From an uncultured Candidatus Saccharibacteria bacterium (GTDB taxonomy: Bacteria > Patescibacteriota > UBA1384 > CAILIB01): 58,179 nt of DNA. The position numbers and the translations under genes were made by a program. A model generated the notes under the pieces. That model saw only the letters and a list, made by a program, of their open reading frames with translations. It ran no database searches and was not told the origin of the DNA. Shown in pieces: positions 34,617 through 44,173 of the stretch (the first letter of the stretch is position 1; every line of letters starts with the position of its first letter). Where the stretch lies: the NCBI GenBank assembly GCA_964593885.1, contig CAZQKK010000002.1, positions 223,204 to 281,382 on the forward strand. The letters are read 5' to 3'.

Positions 34617-35786
34617 ATGGGATTTGAGGACCTCAGACATACCGAAGATGAGTCTGCTTCTGTAGAAACTCACAGGAGCCCTACCACCCCTGAAGTGGGT
34701 GGGGAAATTGCTGATCGTTTAGCAGAGCAAGCCACTGAAGATACCGAGAGTCTCACAAAAGTACGAGGAGAACTTCAGGAACTGCCAGCAAGTAGTGAAC
34801 CTCTCTACAAGCCGCAAGACCTCGCGGAAGTGACAGCAGCGTTTCAAGAAACACTAAGGGCAAAGGGAGAAACCTGCAAGTTTACACCAGACCAGATCAA
34901 CGAGCTCTCTAGGTTCATAAAAGGGTACATCGTCAGGTATGACCGCTTCTTAACTGAAAAGGGTGCTTTCGAAAAGCTGGAGCTCAGCGTAGGTGTTGAT
35001 GCTGCATCCCACCGTGAAGCGTATAACGCAAAGCTAAAAAGAATCAAAACGCTACTCACAAAAGTAGTACCTGCCCTTGAGTGGGTAGCTCCACCAACAA
35101 CCATAGTAGGTACTGCCCTCGGTGGAGCCTACCTCCAACCCGGACTCGCTGGCGGCATTGGCTTGGGAATCGCAGCACTAGGAGCACTCGTGTACCTTGC
35201 AGCAAACGCTCAGAACTCCATCATGAACTTTGCCGGTCCACAGTCTTACCCAATGCTCTCACGGTTTCTCCAAAGAACTTACAGCACGTCACTAGACCAG
35301 ATAGTTGATCGCCATGACGAAGCCAGTAGCCTCACGTTTCTACAAAACAGCGGTGAGCTAGAAGGTATTGTAGAGAAACTTCGCCAAACAAAGTGCTTCA
35401 CAACACTTGGCACTCTTAGCCAAACTCTTGAATCTGTCACCTCAAGTGGGGTTGATAACGAGGTAAAAGCTGAAGCACGCAAAACATACTCACGTGAGGT
35501 ACTTGAAACTATCGAAGTTTCACTCAAGGAGATAGGCCTTCAATTTAATGAAGCAGATATGGAAATCCTGAAAAAAGAAGCTGAGCACGTGAGATCACGA
35601 AAAGACAGTGAGGCACGGGAGCGCGCAGAGCACTCCACCGCCCAAGCACAAGCTGCCGCGGAACTGGAAGCTCATGGGAATAGTGCAGCCGTTTCTCAAT
35701 TCACCACAGCAGTTGAAAACGCAAATCGCCAGCAAGAAGAAGTGAGCAGCGAGCGCGCAAAGGCAGAAGAAGAGCTCAAGGCATAA
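34617..35786 (+). CDS. hypothetical membrane-anchored coiled-coil protein
   Basis: 389 aa. Central Gly/Ala-rich TM hairpin (TIVGTALGGAYLQPGLAGGIGLGIAALGALVYLAA) with acidic/helical flanks. Confidence 0.5.
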   Translation: MGFEDLRHTEDESASVETHRSPTTPEVGGEIADRLAEQATEDTESLTKVRGELQELPASSEPLYKPQDLAEVTAAFQETLRAKGETCKFTPDQINELSRFIKGYIVRYDRFLTEKGAFEKLELSVGVDAASHREAYNAKLKRIKTLLTKVVPALEWVAPPTTIVGTALGGAYLQPGLAGGIGLGIAALGALVYLAANAQNSIMNFAGPQSYPMLSRFLQRTYSTSLDQIVDRHDEASSLTFLQNSGELEGIVEKLRQTKCFTTLGTLSQTLESVTSSGVDNEVKAEARKTYSREVLETIEVSLKEIGLQFNEADMEILKKEAEHVRSRKDSEARERAEHSTAQAQAAAELEAHGNSAAVSQFTTAVENANRQQEEVSSERAKAEEELKA

Positions 35787-35796
35787 CGTATTCCCT

Positions 35797-36006
35797 ATGA
35801 AGAACTCCCCAGCTTTACCCCTCCTCCCAAAGTCTCTCGCCCAGCCTGCTCAGCGAGCCCTAGTTGGAGCAGGCATAACTGAGGTTAAGCAGCTCACTAC
35901 TATGAGCAAAACCGAGATTGAAAGACTCCACGGAATCGGGCCAAATGCGGTTAGAATTCTTGAAGATGAACTGAAACGTCTGGGCTTATCTTTCAGAGGT
36001 ACGTAA
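35797..36006 (+). CDS. small helix-hairpin-helix DNA-binding protein
   Basis: 69 aa. LHGIGPNAVRILEDEL is an HhH motif like that of the RNA polymerase alpha C-terminal domain. Confidence 0.5.
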   Translation: MKNSPALPLLPKSLAQPAQRALVGAGITEVKQLTTMSKTEIERLHGIGPNAVRILEDELKRLGLSFRGT

Positions 36007-36009
36007 CCG

Positions 36010-36252
36010 TTACACCTCTCGCTCAACCGCAATGGTGCATTCGCTCACTAGTGCCGCAATTGCACCAAGCGCTGCGAGTGGGGCTGCGAGTACCACCCCA
36101 ATCACCCCAAGGGTAAGCGGAAATTCTGCAATGGTATTGCCGTCTTTGTGTTTCACGGTAATCTTTCGGACATTCCCCTCTTTAATGAGGTCTTTCACCT
36201 TCTGAACGAGTTCCTCGCCATTCACCGTAAATTCTTCCTTGCGGTTTGCCAT
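36010..36252 (-). CDS. DUF4342-like small protein
   Basis: 80 aa. VKDLIKEGNVRKITVKHKDGNTIAEFPLTLGVIGVVLAAPLAALGAIAAL matches my memory of the DUF4342 pattern. Confidence 0.6.
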   Translation of the reverse strand: MANRKEEFTVNGEELVQKVKDLIKEGNVRKITVKHKDGNTIAEFPLTLGVIGVVLAAPLAALGAIAALVSECTIAVEREV

Positions 36253-36320
36253 ACAGCTCCTTGTTAGTGGTACTAACTACTTGCAGTTGGATACTAGCAG
36301 AATTTTGGTACCCTGAATGC

Positions 36321-36863
36321 ATGCAGGATCTCCCCTTAACCTTTGTCACTGGAAATAGCGGGAAGTTTGGCGAAGTACAGGCTCTTATCCCCAACATCGT
36401 CCAAGTAGACGTTGATCTCCCCGAGGTACAGTCTGTTGACGCACGAGAGGTGATCACCGCAAAGCTCATCGCTGGAGCCAGCCAAGATTTACGTAACTTC
36501 ATTGTTGAAGATACCGGCCTCTACTTTGACTGCCTCAATGGTCTCCCCGGCCCCCTCATCAAGTGGTTTCAAGCGAGGCTAGGAAACGACGGTATCGCAG
36601 ATCTTGTCAGCCACTACGAGAGCCAGGTTGCCCACGCAATCACCTGGATTGGCTACCTATCGCCCACAGGAGAAATGCACTTCTTTGAAGGTAACATTGA
36701 GGGAACAATTGTTATGCCTCGAGGCGAAGGTTTTGGCTGGGACCCCATATTTCAACCTAAGGGCTGCAACCGCACCTTTGGCGAAATGACGAGAGAAGAG
36801 AAGAGTGAGATCAGTATGCGAAAAATTGCTGTTAGGAAACTCCTCGAACACCTAGGAAGCTAG
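36321..36863 (+). CDS. rdgB: non-canonical purine NTP pyrophosphatase (RdgB/HAM1 family)
   Basis: Trimmed to MQDLPLTFVTGNSGKF... Also has EDTGL.F..LNG.PG and FGWDPIF motifs. Confidence 0.8.
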   Translation: MQDLPLTFVTGNSGKFGEVQALIPNIVQVDVDLPEVQSVDAREVITAKLIAGASQDLRNFIVEDTGLYFDCLNGLPGPLIKWFQARLGNDGIADLVSHYESQVAHAITWIGYLSPTGEMHFFEGNIEGTIVMPRGEGFGWDPIFQPKGCNRTFGEMTREEKSEISMRKIAVRKLLEHLGS

Positions 36864-36885
36864 CGATTGTTTCGCCCTAGCCTAC

Positions 36886-37179
36886 TCAGGCGTTACCGTT
36901 GTTACCCATCCTTTTTGTCTCCCACTCTCGCTTAGCGGTTTCCTCCATCACATCAAGCCTCGTGTAGTAGTCAGGAATCTCCTTGAGGTGCGCCAGGGCA
37001 ATTTTGCCAGTCTCAAGGTCGTCATCTGAAGTAACATTGGTCTGTGGGTCATGCGTACCGTGCTCAAGCTCGACGTTAAGACCCATCCTAAACTGCTCAA
37101 TGTCAAATTCGTTCCAGGTAATCCCCAGTTCTCCCCCAATTCGCTGCGCATCATCTGCTGAAAATACTTTAGGTTCCAT
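36886..37179 (-). CDS. DUF5661-like small protein
   Basis: 97 aa. GLNVELEHGTHDPQTNVT and IALAHLKEIPDYYTRL motifs. Confidence 0.5.
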   Translation of the reverse strand: MEPKVFSADDAQRIGGELGITWNEFDIEQFRMGLNVELEHGTHDPQTNVTSDDDLETGKIALAHLKEIPDYYTRLDVMEETAKREWETKRMGNNGNA

Positions 37180-37278
37180 GTGCTTCCTTGCTTAGGAGTT
37201 ATCTTTCCTCACTACTATACACCTTGTACATTAGGCGGTTTTAAGGTATCTTGCGCCTGTTCTCACAGTGGAGACGTT

Positions 37279-37989
37279 GTGAGAAAGGAGGTTGCTATCG
37301 CTGCAATTAACCACATCGCTGCCATCATCTTGGCAGGTGATGACAAATCAAACAGGATAATCTCGTCTACTGGTCAAACCTACCGCGATGCGGTAATCAC
37401 TTCACTCGTCGGAATCCCGGCAGTCAGCAACATTGTTGCTGTCACCAACCGAACGCTCGGCAACCTCGTTGGAGGCAAGGTAAGGAGTATCAACGCTGGC
37501 AACTCTGCCGCCGAAAGCCTCAACCGGGGACTAACCCAAGTTGTGGGTGAAGGCTGGATTCTGATCATCGCCGCAGATCTCCCCCACATCACTGCAGAAG
37601 CTGTCACCAGCTTCCTGGCGAAAACATCGGATGAACGAGGAAGCGGGGTTTTCCTCGGCTACTCGTCCCTAGAAGAGTGTGCCGAGCTAGGCCACACAAG
37701 CAAGCATGGGGTGAAGTTGGACAGCAAAGAGGTGAAGCTTGCAAGCATCTTCCTCGTGCACCACAGCGTACTGAGAGGCGAAACAAGCGTCATCGCCCAG
37801 CTCCTGAAGAGCAGGAAGAGCCCCCTGATGATTGGCCTCAAGCTCCTGGGCCTCAAGTGGGCAACGCGCTACATCTGCAGGCAGAGTCTCAACTCTCTGG
37901 ACCTCCAAGCTGATATCGCGAAACGCTGCGGCTTCCCGGTAATCGGGGTCAACACTACAGCGAAACTCGCCGTTGATGACGACACCTAG
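37279..37989 (+). CDS. MobA/CofC-like nucleotidyltransferase-fold protein
   Basis: Start moved to the GTG at 37279, after GGAG. AAIILAGDD and IIAADLPHIT resemble the NTP_transf_3 family. Divergent. Confidence 0.45.
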   Translation: MRKEVAIAAINHIAAIILAGDDKSNRIISSTGQTYRDAVITSLVGIPAVSNIVAVTNRTLGNLVGGKVRSINAGNSAAESLNRGLTQVVGEGWILIIAADLPHITAEAVTSFLAKTSDERGSGVFLGYSSLEECAELGHTSKHGVKLDSKEVKLASIFLVHHSVLRGETSVIAQLLKSRKSPLMIGLKLLGLKWATRYICRQSLNSLDLQADIAKRCGFPVIGVNTTAKLAVDDDT

Positions 37990-37993
37990 TAAC

Positions 37994-38019
37994 AACCTAC
38001 CAATCTGGTAGGTTTTTTT
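37994..38019 (+). terminator. intrinsic terminator
   Basis: AACCTACCA-ATC-TGGTAGGTT followed by TTTTT. Confidence 0.7.
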
Positions 38020-38044
38020 GTTCAATCTGGAGTATCATGTACTC

Positions 38045-39715
38045 ATGCCAGTCATTTCCTTCAGGCGTCGTTTCAACGTGATCCTCAAGAGACGTTTTGC
38101 CATAGCAAGCACGATGCTCAAAATCACTTCGCTTGCGATTATCATCGCCATCACCTCAACCACGATTGCGTGGCGAACCGAGTACGTTGCCAAACGTGAC
38201 TACAGAGAAAGTCAGTTAGGCATGCAGCGAGTACTGCTGAGTGCGCTCCCTTCAGTATCCAGCATCTACAGCAACCCGGAAATAATCTCACTCAGGGAAA
38301 AGGTAGTGGCTGGAAAAGCCTCAAAAGACAGCACCTGGGTGCAGGTAAAAAACGCTGCCAGCAGAGAGCTTCTCAATAAGACCATCCCCAGCATCCCTGA
38401 TAAAACGGTTGTTCCTCCAAGTGGCGATAAGCGAGACTACCACAGCTGGTTAAACTACGTTTGGTTCAATGCTGAGACAGGTAAGTACGAGTACCGTGAT
38501 GGTCAGTTTAACACCGAGCAGATGAACCTGATGCCAGATGATACCCGCTTCTGGGACTTCAGTGCCGCCATCCAGAGTGGAGCCATGGCGTGGTTTCTCA
38601 GCGGTGACTCAACCTACGCAACTCCCCTCGCCTCACTAGTACGTCGTTGGATGGTTGATGCAGCAACCAGGATGAACCCCAACCTCACCTACGCCGCTTA
38701 CGTTGAAGGTTACAGTAGCCCAACCAGAACAAATAGTGGGATTATCAACCTCAACGGGAGCTATGAGCTCTGGGATGCCTTTCAGATAGTACTTACCCTC
38801 CCAAACCTAACCAGTGCCGAGAAAGACGCGGTTACCGCCTGGCTCAACTCCATGTACACCTGGCTCACCACCGATGCTGGTTCGCTTAAAGAATCGAAAA
38901 CAAAGAACAACCACTCTATGTACTGGAACCTCAACGTTGTTTCTCTCGCCGCAACACTGGGGAAAACTGTTGAGGCCAAGAGTTACCTTGAAGCCGTCAA
39001 ACCGCTGATAGCTTCGCAGGTGCTTCCAACTGGTGAAATGCCAGAGGAAACCAAGCGAACTTTGGCACTTGGCTACACCTACTTCAACCTGCGGGCGATG
39101 GCAGCCCTCGCCCACTATGGCGCAAGGCTAGGTGTAGATCTCTGGGGTTACGAAACTGCAGATGGGAGAAGCATCAAGAAGGCCCTCGCGTATGCGGAGC
39201 CATTTGCGAGAGAAACCGCATCCTTCCCTTTCCAGCAGGTAAGCCCGCTGCGGAGGTTTGACTACATCTGCGCTGAAACTGCATTTCGTCTCGCTGCCGC
39301 AACCCTCGGGGAAAGCTACGCCGAAACCGCAAATAGTGTAGCTACAAAGCATGGCGTTGGCTCATGGAGAAACACCTTCCTGCCGGCTGGGTTCTTGAAA
39401 GTGAGCTCTGTTAAAACTACAGCTACTGCTACACCAACTACCAAAGCTACTCCCAAACCAACGCCAAAGACGAGAACTCCAACTGCTAAGCCAACAGAAT
39501 CTACAACTGCAACACCTGCCGCGCCTGCCGATGATAACCCCTCCAGCACGAGCAGTGAACCCGCTGGCGGAGACCAACCTGCCCAGCCAACACCTAGTCC
39601 ATCTCCTACCATGGAGGAGTATCAGGCCAGCCCTGGATTCATTACCACCGTTAAGGTGAAGGCAAAGAGTTTCTACGAACGGGTAAAAGCTTGGGTGTAC
39701 TCCTTCTTTAACTAA
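38045..39715 (+). CDS. membrane-anchored alginate-lyase-like polysaccharide lyase with a Thr/Pro-rich tail
   Basis: Trimmed to MPVISF... TM anchor. GDKRDYHSWLNYVWFNAETGKYEYRDGQFN resembles the alginate lyase (PL5-like) signature D-Y-x-S-x(3)-Y-W-W..DG..N. All-alpha toroid-like composition. C-terminal TATPTTKATPKPTPKT linker. Confidence 0.5.
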   Translation: MPVISFRRRFNVILKRRFAIASTMLKITSLAIIIAITSTTIAWRTEYVAKRDYRESQLGMQRVLLSALPSVSSIYSNPEIISLREKVVAGKASKDSTWVQVKNAASRELLNKTIPSIPDKTVVPPSGDKRDYHSWLNYVWFNAETGKYEYRDGQFNTEQMNLMPDDTRFWDFSAAIQSGAMAWFLSGDSTYATPLASLVRRWMVDAATRMNPNLTYAAYVEGYSSPTRTNSGIINLNGSYELWDAFQIVLTLPNLTSAEKDAVTAWLNSMYTWLTTDAGSLKESKTKNNHSMYWNLNVVSLAATLGKTVEAKSYLEAVKPLIASQVLPTGEMPEETKRTLALGYTYFNLRAMAALAHYGARLGVDLWGYETADGRSIKKALAYAEPFARETASFPFQQVSPLRRFDYICAETAFRLAAATLGESYAETANSVATKHGVGSWRNTFLPAGFLKVSSVKTTATATPTTKATPKPTPKTRTPTAKPTESTTATPAAPADDNPSSTSSEPAGGDQPAQPTPSPSPTMEEYQASPGFITTVKVKAKSFYERVKAWVYSFFN

Positions 39716-39758
39716 CCTCAACTTCTGTCGTATACTGTGCACAGAAGTAACACTTTTT

Positions 39759-40604
39759 ATGCTCAGCAAAACATTGTTAGGAGGGGTTGTGGCAGTAGTA
39801 GTCTTAGGAGCTGGTGTACTCATTCTCAAGCAAGGAGATAGTAGTAACTCACCCACAACATCAGACCTGACCTCTCAAACTTCTACCCCAACTCCTGCTC
39901 CCACTGCCAGCCCAAAGCAAACTTCTACCATCTGGTCCTTTGCTGGGAGCTCGTGGCAACCGTCAGGGAGCGCTCCTACGTGTCCTTCGCCGCTCGGTCT
40001 CGCCAGCCCAACCGATGTCACCAAGGCAACATCCATCCTCTACCCTGGCCAAGTGCGGGGTGGAAACTACAAGCCTCACGGTGGGTTCAGGTTTGATAAA
40101 GCCACCGACAACAACGTGAACGTCAGCCTTTCCCTTGATGCAACACTCTTGAGGGGATCTCGCTACATTGAGTCTGGAACCGTGCAGTACATGCTAGACT
40201 TCGTCACCTCGTGTGGCTACTTCCTCAGGTACGATCACCTCCTCACCCTGACAGACGCCTTCAAAACCCTGGTTGACGCCAACCTTCCAGAGGCAAAGGA
40301 GAACGCTTCAGCCACCACGGCATTCAGCTCTTACCCAACCTTCAAGCAAGGTACAGCTATTGCCACCGCTGTTGGCTTTGAGAAACCTTCTCGAAATGTT
40401 TCATTTGACTTTGGCGTCTACGACCTTCGCCACACCAACGATGCCTCAAGTATCGCTTCGTTCCAAAAGAAGGTAGGCAGCATGAAGGAGCTCAGCTACT
40501 TTGGCGTCTGCTGGCTGGACATGCTTCCTACCACCGATTCTACTTTCGTAAGGAACCTGCCCGGGTCTGGAACTGAGGGAACCTCAAGCGACTACTGCAA
40601 CTAG
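39759..40604 (+). CDS. secreted/anchored hypothetical protein
   Basis: 281 aa. N-terminal TM, Ser/Thr/Pro linker, Cys-containing globular domain. No family recognised. Confidence 0.5.
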   Translation: MLSKTLLGGVVAVVVLGAGVLILKQGDSSNSPTTSDLTSQTSTPTPAPTASPKQTSTIWSFAGSSWQPSGSAPTCPSPLGLASPTDVTKATSILYPGQVRGGNYKPHGGFRFDKATDNNVNVSLSLDATLLRGSRYIESGTVQYMLDFVTSCGYFLRYDHLLTLTDAFKTLVDANLPEAKENASATTAFSSYPTFKQGTAIATAVGFEKPSRNVSFDFGVYDLRHTNDASSIASFQKKVGSMKELSYFGVCWLDMLPTTDSTFVRNLPGSGTEGTSSDYCN

Positions 40605-41912
40605 CTACTCGTACCTGAGAGCGTCAATTGGGTTGAGCTTTGCCGCTCGCCTAGCTGGGAGTGTTCCTGCAAGGAAGGCGATGAGCATAATCACGAGCAT
40701 AATCATTACCACTGACTGATAGGGGAAGACGAGGAGCTCTAGCCCCTCAAAGTCTTTGAGGAATCCGTTCAGGGCAACCTGGTTGGCAATTTTTCCAATC
40801 CCAAATGCGGCAAGTACCCCAAGGAGACTTCCCCAGAACCCAAGGAGAACTGCCTCGGTACTGAAGAGAAGGAAGATCTTACCCCCACTCATGCCAATTG
40901 CCTTCATCAGGCCAATTTCTCGGGTTCGCTCCTGGACCGCCATGAAGAGGGTATTAATTACCCCAAAGGCTGCAGCTAGGAGGGCGATGATACCGAAGAG
41001 GTTGAAGACAACGGTGATACCACTGATGACCTGCTTCACGATGCCAATCTGGTCCTCAACGGTTGTGGCCTTAAAGCCAGCTGTAGCTAACTTCTTCTTG
41101 AGATCTGTAAGTTTGTCAGTTGAAATACTGGTATCAAAACGAGCAACCGCAAAGGCGTACTGATCTTGCTGGCTCTGTGGCAGACCCTCAACCCGTTTTG
41201 AGTTGAGCATCTCGTTGAGACCCTGGTTAATGTTTGCCCCTCCGGCTCCCACCAAGCTTTTGAGTTGTACCCCACTCACCTTGGCGGTTACTTCAACCTG
41301 CTTACCAGTTGCGTTGGTAACCCCAATTTTTACCTCTTTACCAACAGCATCCTCATAGCTTGAGTACCCAAGGACACTGACAAACTTTGAAGGAAGGGTA
41401 ATGAGGAGATCCGATGTTTCATTCTTAGGAACTGAGCCACTCCCCAAATCAAGGTTGGTACCCGTCCAGTACGTATCGAGGGTAACCTGATACTTTTCAC
41501 CATTAGCACCTGAAATGTAGTCAGCTACAGGAGAAAATACTGGCCGTACCTCACTAAGCTCAGTGAATCCCTTGAGCTCCTCTATGTCTTTAGCGGTAAG
41601 TACCGGGACCGCTACCCCGAAGCCGCTATCAGATACCCTTCGCTCTGGGTTGTACTTTTTGGGAGCACTATCATCAATACTCGAGAGGGGGTCTTCAGTT
41701 TGAGCCTGCAGAATGAGCAGGTCTTTAGCACCAACGTTGGAAACCTGCCTGTCAATGTAGTCTGAGATTCCTGCACCAATAGCTGTGGTAAGGGTGAGAG
41801 TGAGGGCACCAATGAAGATGGCAATAATGGTGAGAATAGTCCTCAACTTACTCTGGAGCATGTTACCGCTAGCGGTTTTGAGAATGTCGGTGGTTTTCAT
41901 AGGTTTAAGCAC
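40605..41912 (-). CDS. ABC transporter permease, FtsX/MacB type
   Basis: 435 aa. N-terminal TM, large extracytoplasmic domain, C-terminal FtsX-like three-TM bundle. Confidence 0.85.
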   Translation of the reverse strand: MLKPMKTTDILKTASGNMLQSKLRTILTIIAIFIGALTLTLTTAIGAGISDYIDRQVSNVGAKDLLILQAQTEDPLSSIDDSAPKKYNPERRVSDSGFGVAVPVLTAKDIEELKGFTELSEVRPVFSPVADYISGANGEKYQVTLDTYWTGTNLDLGSGSVPKNETSDLLITLPSKFVSVLGYSSYEDAVGKEVKIGVTNATGKQVEVTAKVSGVQLKSLVGAGGANINQGLNEMLNSKRVEGLPQSQQDQYAFAVARFDTSISTDKLTDLKKKLATAGFKATTVEDQIGIVKQVISGITVVFNLFGIIALLAAAFGVINTLFMAVQERTREIGLMKAIGMSGGKIFLLFSTEAVLLGFWGSLLGVLAAFGIGKIANQVALNGFLKDFEGLELLVFPYQSVVMIMLVIMLIAFLAGTLPARRAAKLNPIDALRYE

Positions 41913-42588
41913 CTTTCACTATGCGGCCGTCTTTGATGTTCACCTGCCTATTGCAGCGTGAAGCAAGGTCATCATCGTGGGTGACTACCACAAGGGTAAT
42001 CCCCTTCTCCTTGTTGAGGTTGAACAGGAGGTCTTCAATTTTTCCTCCCGTGGCGGTATCAAGGTTTCCGGTTGGCTCGTCAGCAAAGATGATTTGAGGA
42101 TTGTTGATGAGAGCACGTGCGATAACGGCTCGCTGCTTCTGTCCACCACTGAGGTCTATGGCTTTACTCTTCGCTTTGTCTTCAAGCTCTACTGCCTTCA
42201 GTACCTCCATCCCTCGCTTTTTTCGCTCTATCGCTGGAACGCCAGCAATCTTCAGGGGAAGGATAACATTTTCAAGAACAGTTGCATTGGCGTTGAGGAA
42301 GAACTGTTGAAAAACAAAGCCGAAGGTGTCGTTACGAAGCTTATCCAAATCCTTTACTGAGAGGGTTTTTACATCGCTCCCCTCAATAGAAATTTCCCCT
42401 TCTGTAGGCTTATCCAAGAGAGCCAGGATGTGCATGAGGGTAGACTTCCCCGATCCACTCTTCCCAATAATCGCAATGCTCTCACCTTTTTTTATAGCAA
42501 GATCGACACCGCTCAGGGCGCTGAATGCAGAAGCTCCTTTTCCGTAAACCTTTGTAACGTTTCTTGCGTCTAGTACTGGAGTACCCAT
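41905..42588 (-). CDS. ABC transporter ATP-binding protein (MacB/LolD-like)
   Basis: 227 aa. GKSGSGKST, LSGGQKQR, IIFADEPTGNLD. Confidence 0.9.
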   Translation of the reverse strand: MGTPVLDARNVTKVYGKGASAFSALSGVDLAIKKGESIAIIGKSGSGKSTLMHILALLDKPTEGEISIEGSDVKTLSVKDLDKLRNDTFGFVFQQFFLNANATVLENVILPLKIAGVPAIERKKRGMEVLKAVELEDKAKSKAIDLSGGQKQRAVIARALINNPQIIFADEPTGNLDTATGGKIEDLLFNLNKEKGITLVVVTHDDDLASRCNRQVNIKDGRIVKGA

Positions 42589-42643
42589 GGGTGCCTTAGT
42601 TAGCGGTAGTGTCTACCTGATTATAGCTAAAGTTGCGTGAAGT

Positions 42644-44164
42644 CTAGTATCCAGGGAAGTAGTCTGTAACAATCCTCCCCTGAGCAACTCCAACGTTGCG
42701 GCAGCTTTTCTTGGCGCTATCCACAAAAATGTTGGGGCCAGAAATGTAGGCTCGTCTCAGGTGTGCATCGGGCACCAGCTCCCTCAGGAGCTCAGGGGTG
42801 AGGAACCCCTTTCGCACTTCCCAGCCACTCGGCACACCTTCCTCAGTTCCTAGCAGCAGCACCACCTTCACGCCAGCTAGCTTGGCAGCCTCGAGATTCT
42901 CACGGTACGCCACCTCGGTAAACGAGGCTGCGGCGTAGATCAGTACAATATCTTGGTAGCTTCCCGCTGCCTCCATTTCGCCCAGCATGCTCCGAAATGG
43001 GGTGATCCCAATGCCACCCGCCAAGAAGAGGAGCTTACCCTGTTTCTCTGGAAGGATGAAATCGCCGGTAACCTGCCCAAGTACCACTTCGTCCCCTACC
43101 TGGAGACCCTGAAGTTCTTCTTTGAAAGCACTGGGTTCTGGGTAGAACTTTGCCCCCAACCTCACCACGTCCTCGGTGGGCGCTGAAGCAATGGTAAAGT
43201 ACCTTCGGTTGCCTCTCTCGTCTTTCTTACCGTGGCGAAGTGGTAGCGTCCACTCGGCGTACTGTCCAGCCGTAAACTTGAGCTTTTCTGAGGGTGTGAA
43301 GACGAAGTCCCACACGTTGGGAGCCATCTTCACCACTTCCTTAAGGGTGAGGATTACCCGCTGCTTTGAACCAACAACGTAGGAAAATATGTTTGCAAGC
43401 ACGAGGGCGAGCGCCGGACTTGCGGCGATAAACCTAAGGTCCCAGCGCGAAGTCATGAGTACCGCTGCGAGAACTGCGTAGGTGTTTCGCTCAAGATGCC
43501 CCGGTGGCGTGGTAATTGGCTCGGTGAGCATTACGGTTGCCAGGAAGATCACTGGCCAGGAGAGGAAGGCTTCAGCTAGCATTTCGCCAAGTCCCCTGCC
43601 GTCTACCAGCACACCCATCACCGTAATCATCGCTACGGCAGTAACCACGAAACACAACACCATGTCTTCTCGCCTAATCTTTCGCGCGATGAGAAAGCCA
43701 AACACCAGGGTGAATGGGAGCAGGTTGGCGCTACCCACCCACCACGTTGATCTACCTAACCCGAGGAGAACTATGGCTACGGCTGCAATGGCAGCAGGGT
43801 TGAAGAGGTGTTTTCGGTTGAGCACCAAGAGGTACTTTGACGCCATGGCAATAACGCCAGCAACTACCAGTCCAACAATGCCTTCAGTCTTGAGGGTGGG
43901 GTTGAGAATCAGCGCCAAGATGAGGGCGGTGAGAAAAGCCGATTCACTGTTTGCTGGTACCTGGTAAATCTTTGCGAAGAGCCAGTTGCTGGTAAGGCAG
44001 CTGACTACCAGCACTGAGATTGAGGCGACGAGGCTCAGGTAGTCAAGTTGGATGAGGTCTAGGGAAGCAAAGAGGAGCGAAACAGCAAGCAAGAGAACAA
44101 GACCGTACGCCAAGAGACGGTACATGGTGACGTTATTCAGTCTTCGATCAATGATGGCGAGCAT
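42644..44164 (-). CDS. RnfD/NqrB-like membrane domain fused to an FNR-type FAD/NAD(P)-binding reductase
   Basis: 506 aa. Polytopic N-terminal half with KHLFNPAA and MLTEPITTPPG (RnfD/NqrB-like). C-terminal half with RRYFTIAS (RxY[ST] FAD motif) and LAGGIGITP (NAD(P) motif). Confidence 0.7.
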   Translation of the reverse strand: MLAIIDRRLNNVTMYRLLAYGLVLLLAVSLLFASLDLIQLDYLSLVASISVLVVSCLTSNWLFAKIYQVPANSESAFLTALILALILNPTLKTEGIVGLVVAGVIAMASKYLLVLNRKHLFNPAAIAAVAIVLLGLGRSTWWVGSANLLPFTLVFGFLIARKIRREDMVLCFVVTAVAMITVMGVLVDGRGLGEMLAEAFLSWPVIFLATVMLTEPITTPPGHLERNTYAVLAAVLMTSRWDLRFIAASPALALVLANIFSYVVGSKQRVILTLKEVVKMAPNVWDFVFTPSEKLKFTAGQYAEWTLPLRHGKKDERGNRRYFTIASAPTEDVVRLGAKFYPEPSAFKEELQGLQVGDEVVLGQVTGDFILPEKQGKLLFLAGGIGITPFRSMLGEMEAAGSYQDIVLIYAAASFTEVAYRENLEAAKLAGVKVVLLLGTEEGVPSGWEVRKGFLTPELLRELVPDAHLRRAYISGPNIFVDSAKKSCRNVGVAQGRIVTDYFPGY

Positions 44165-44173
44165 GGGAGTAGG

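Noticed and set aside
39316-39856. Minus-strand ORFs of 98 and 164 aa at the end of the lyase-like gene
   Set aside because: They are antisense to the Thr/Pro-rich linker, a low-complexity region that keeps the opposite frame open.
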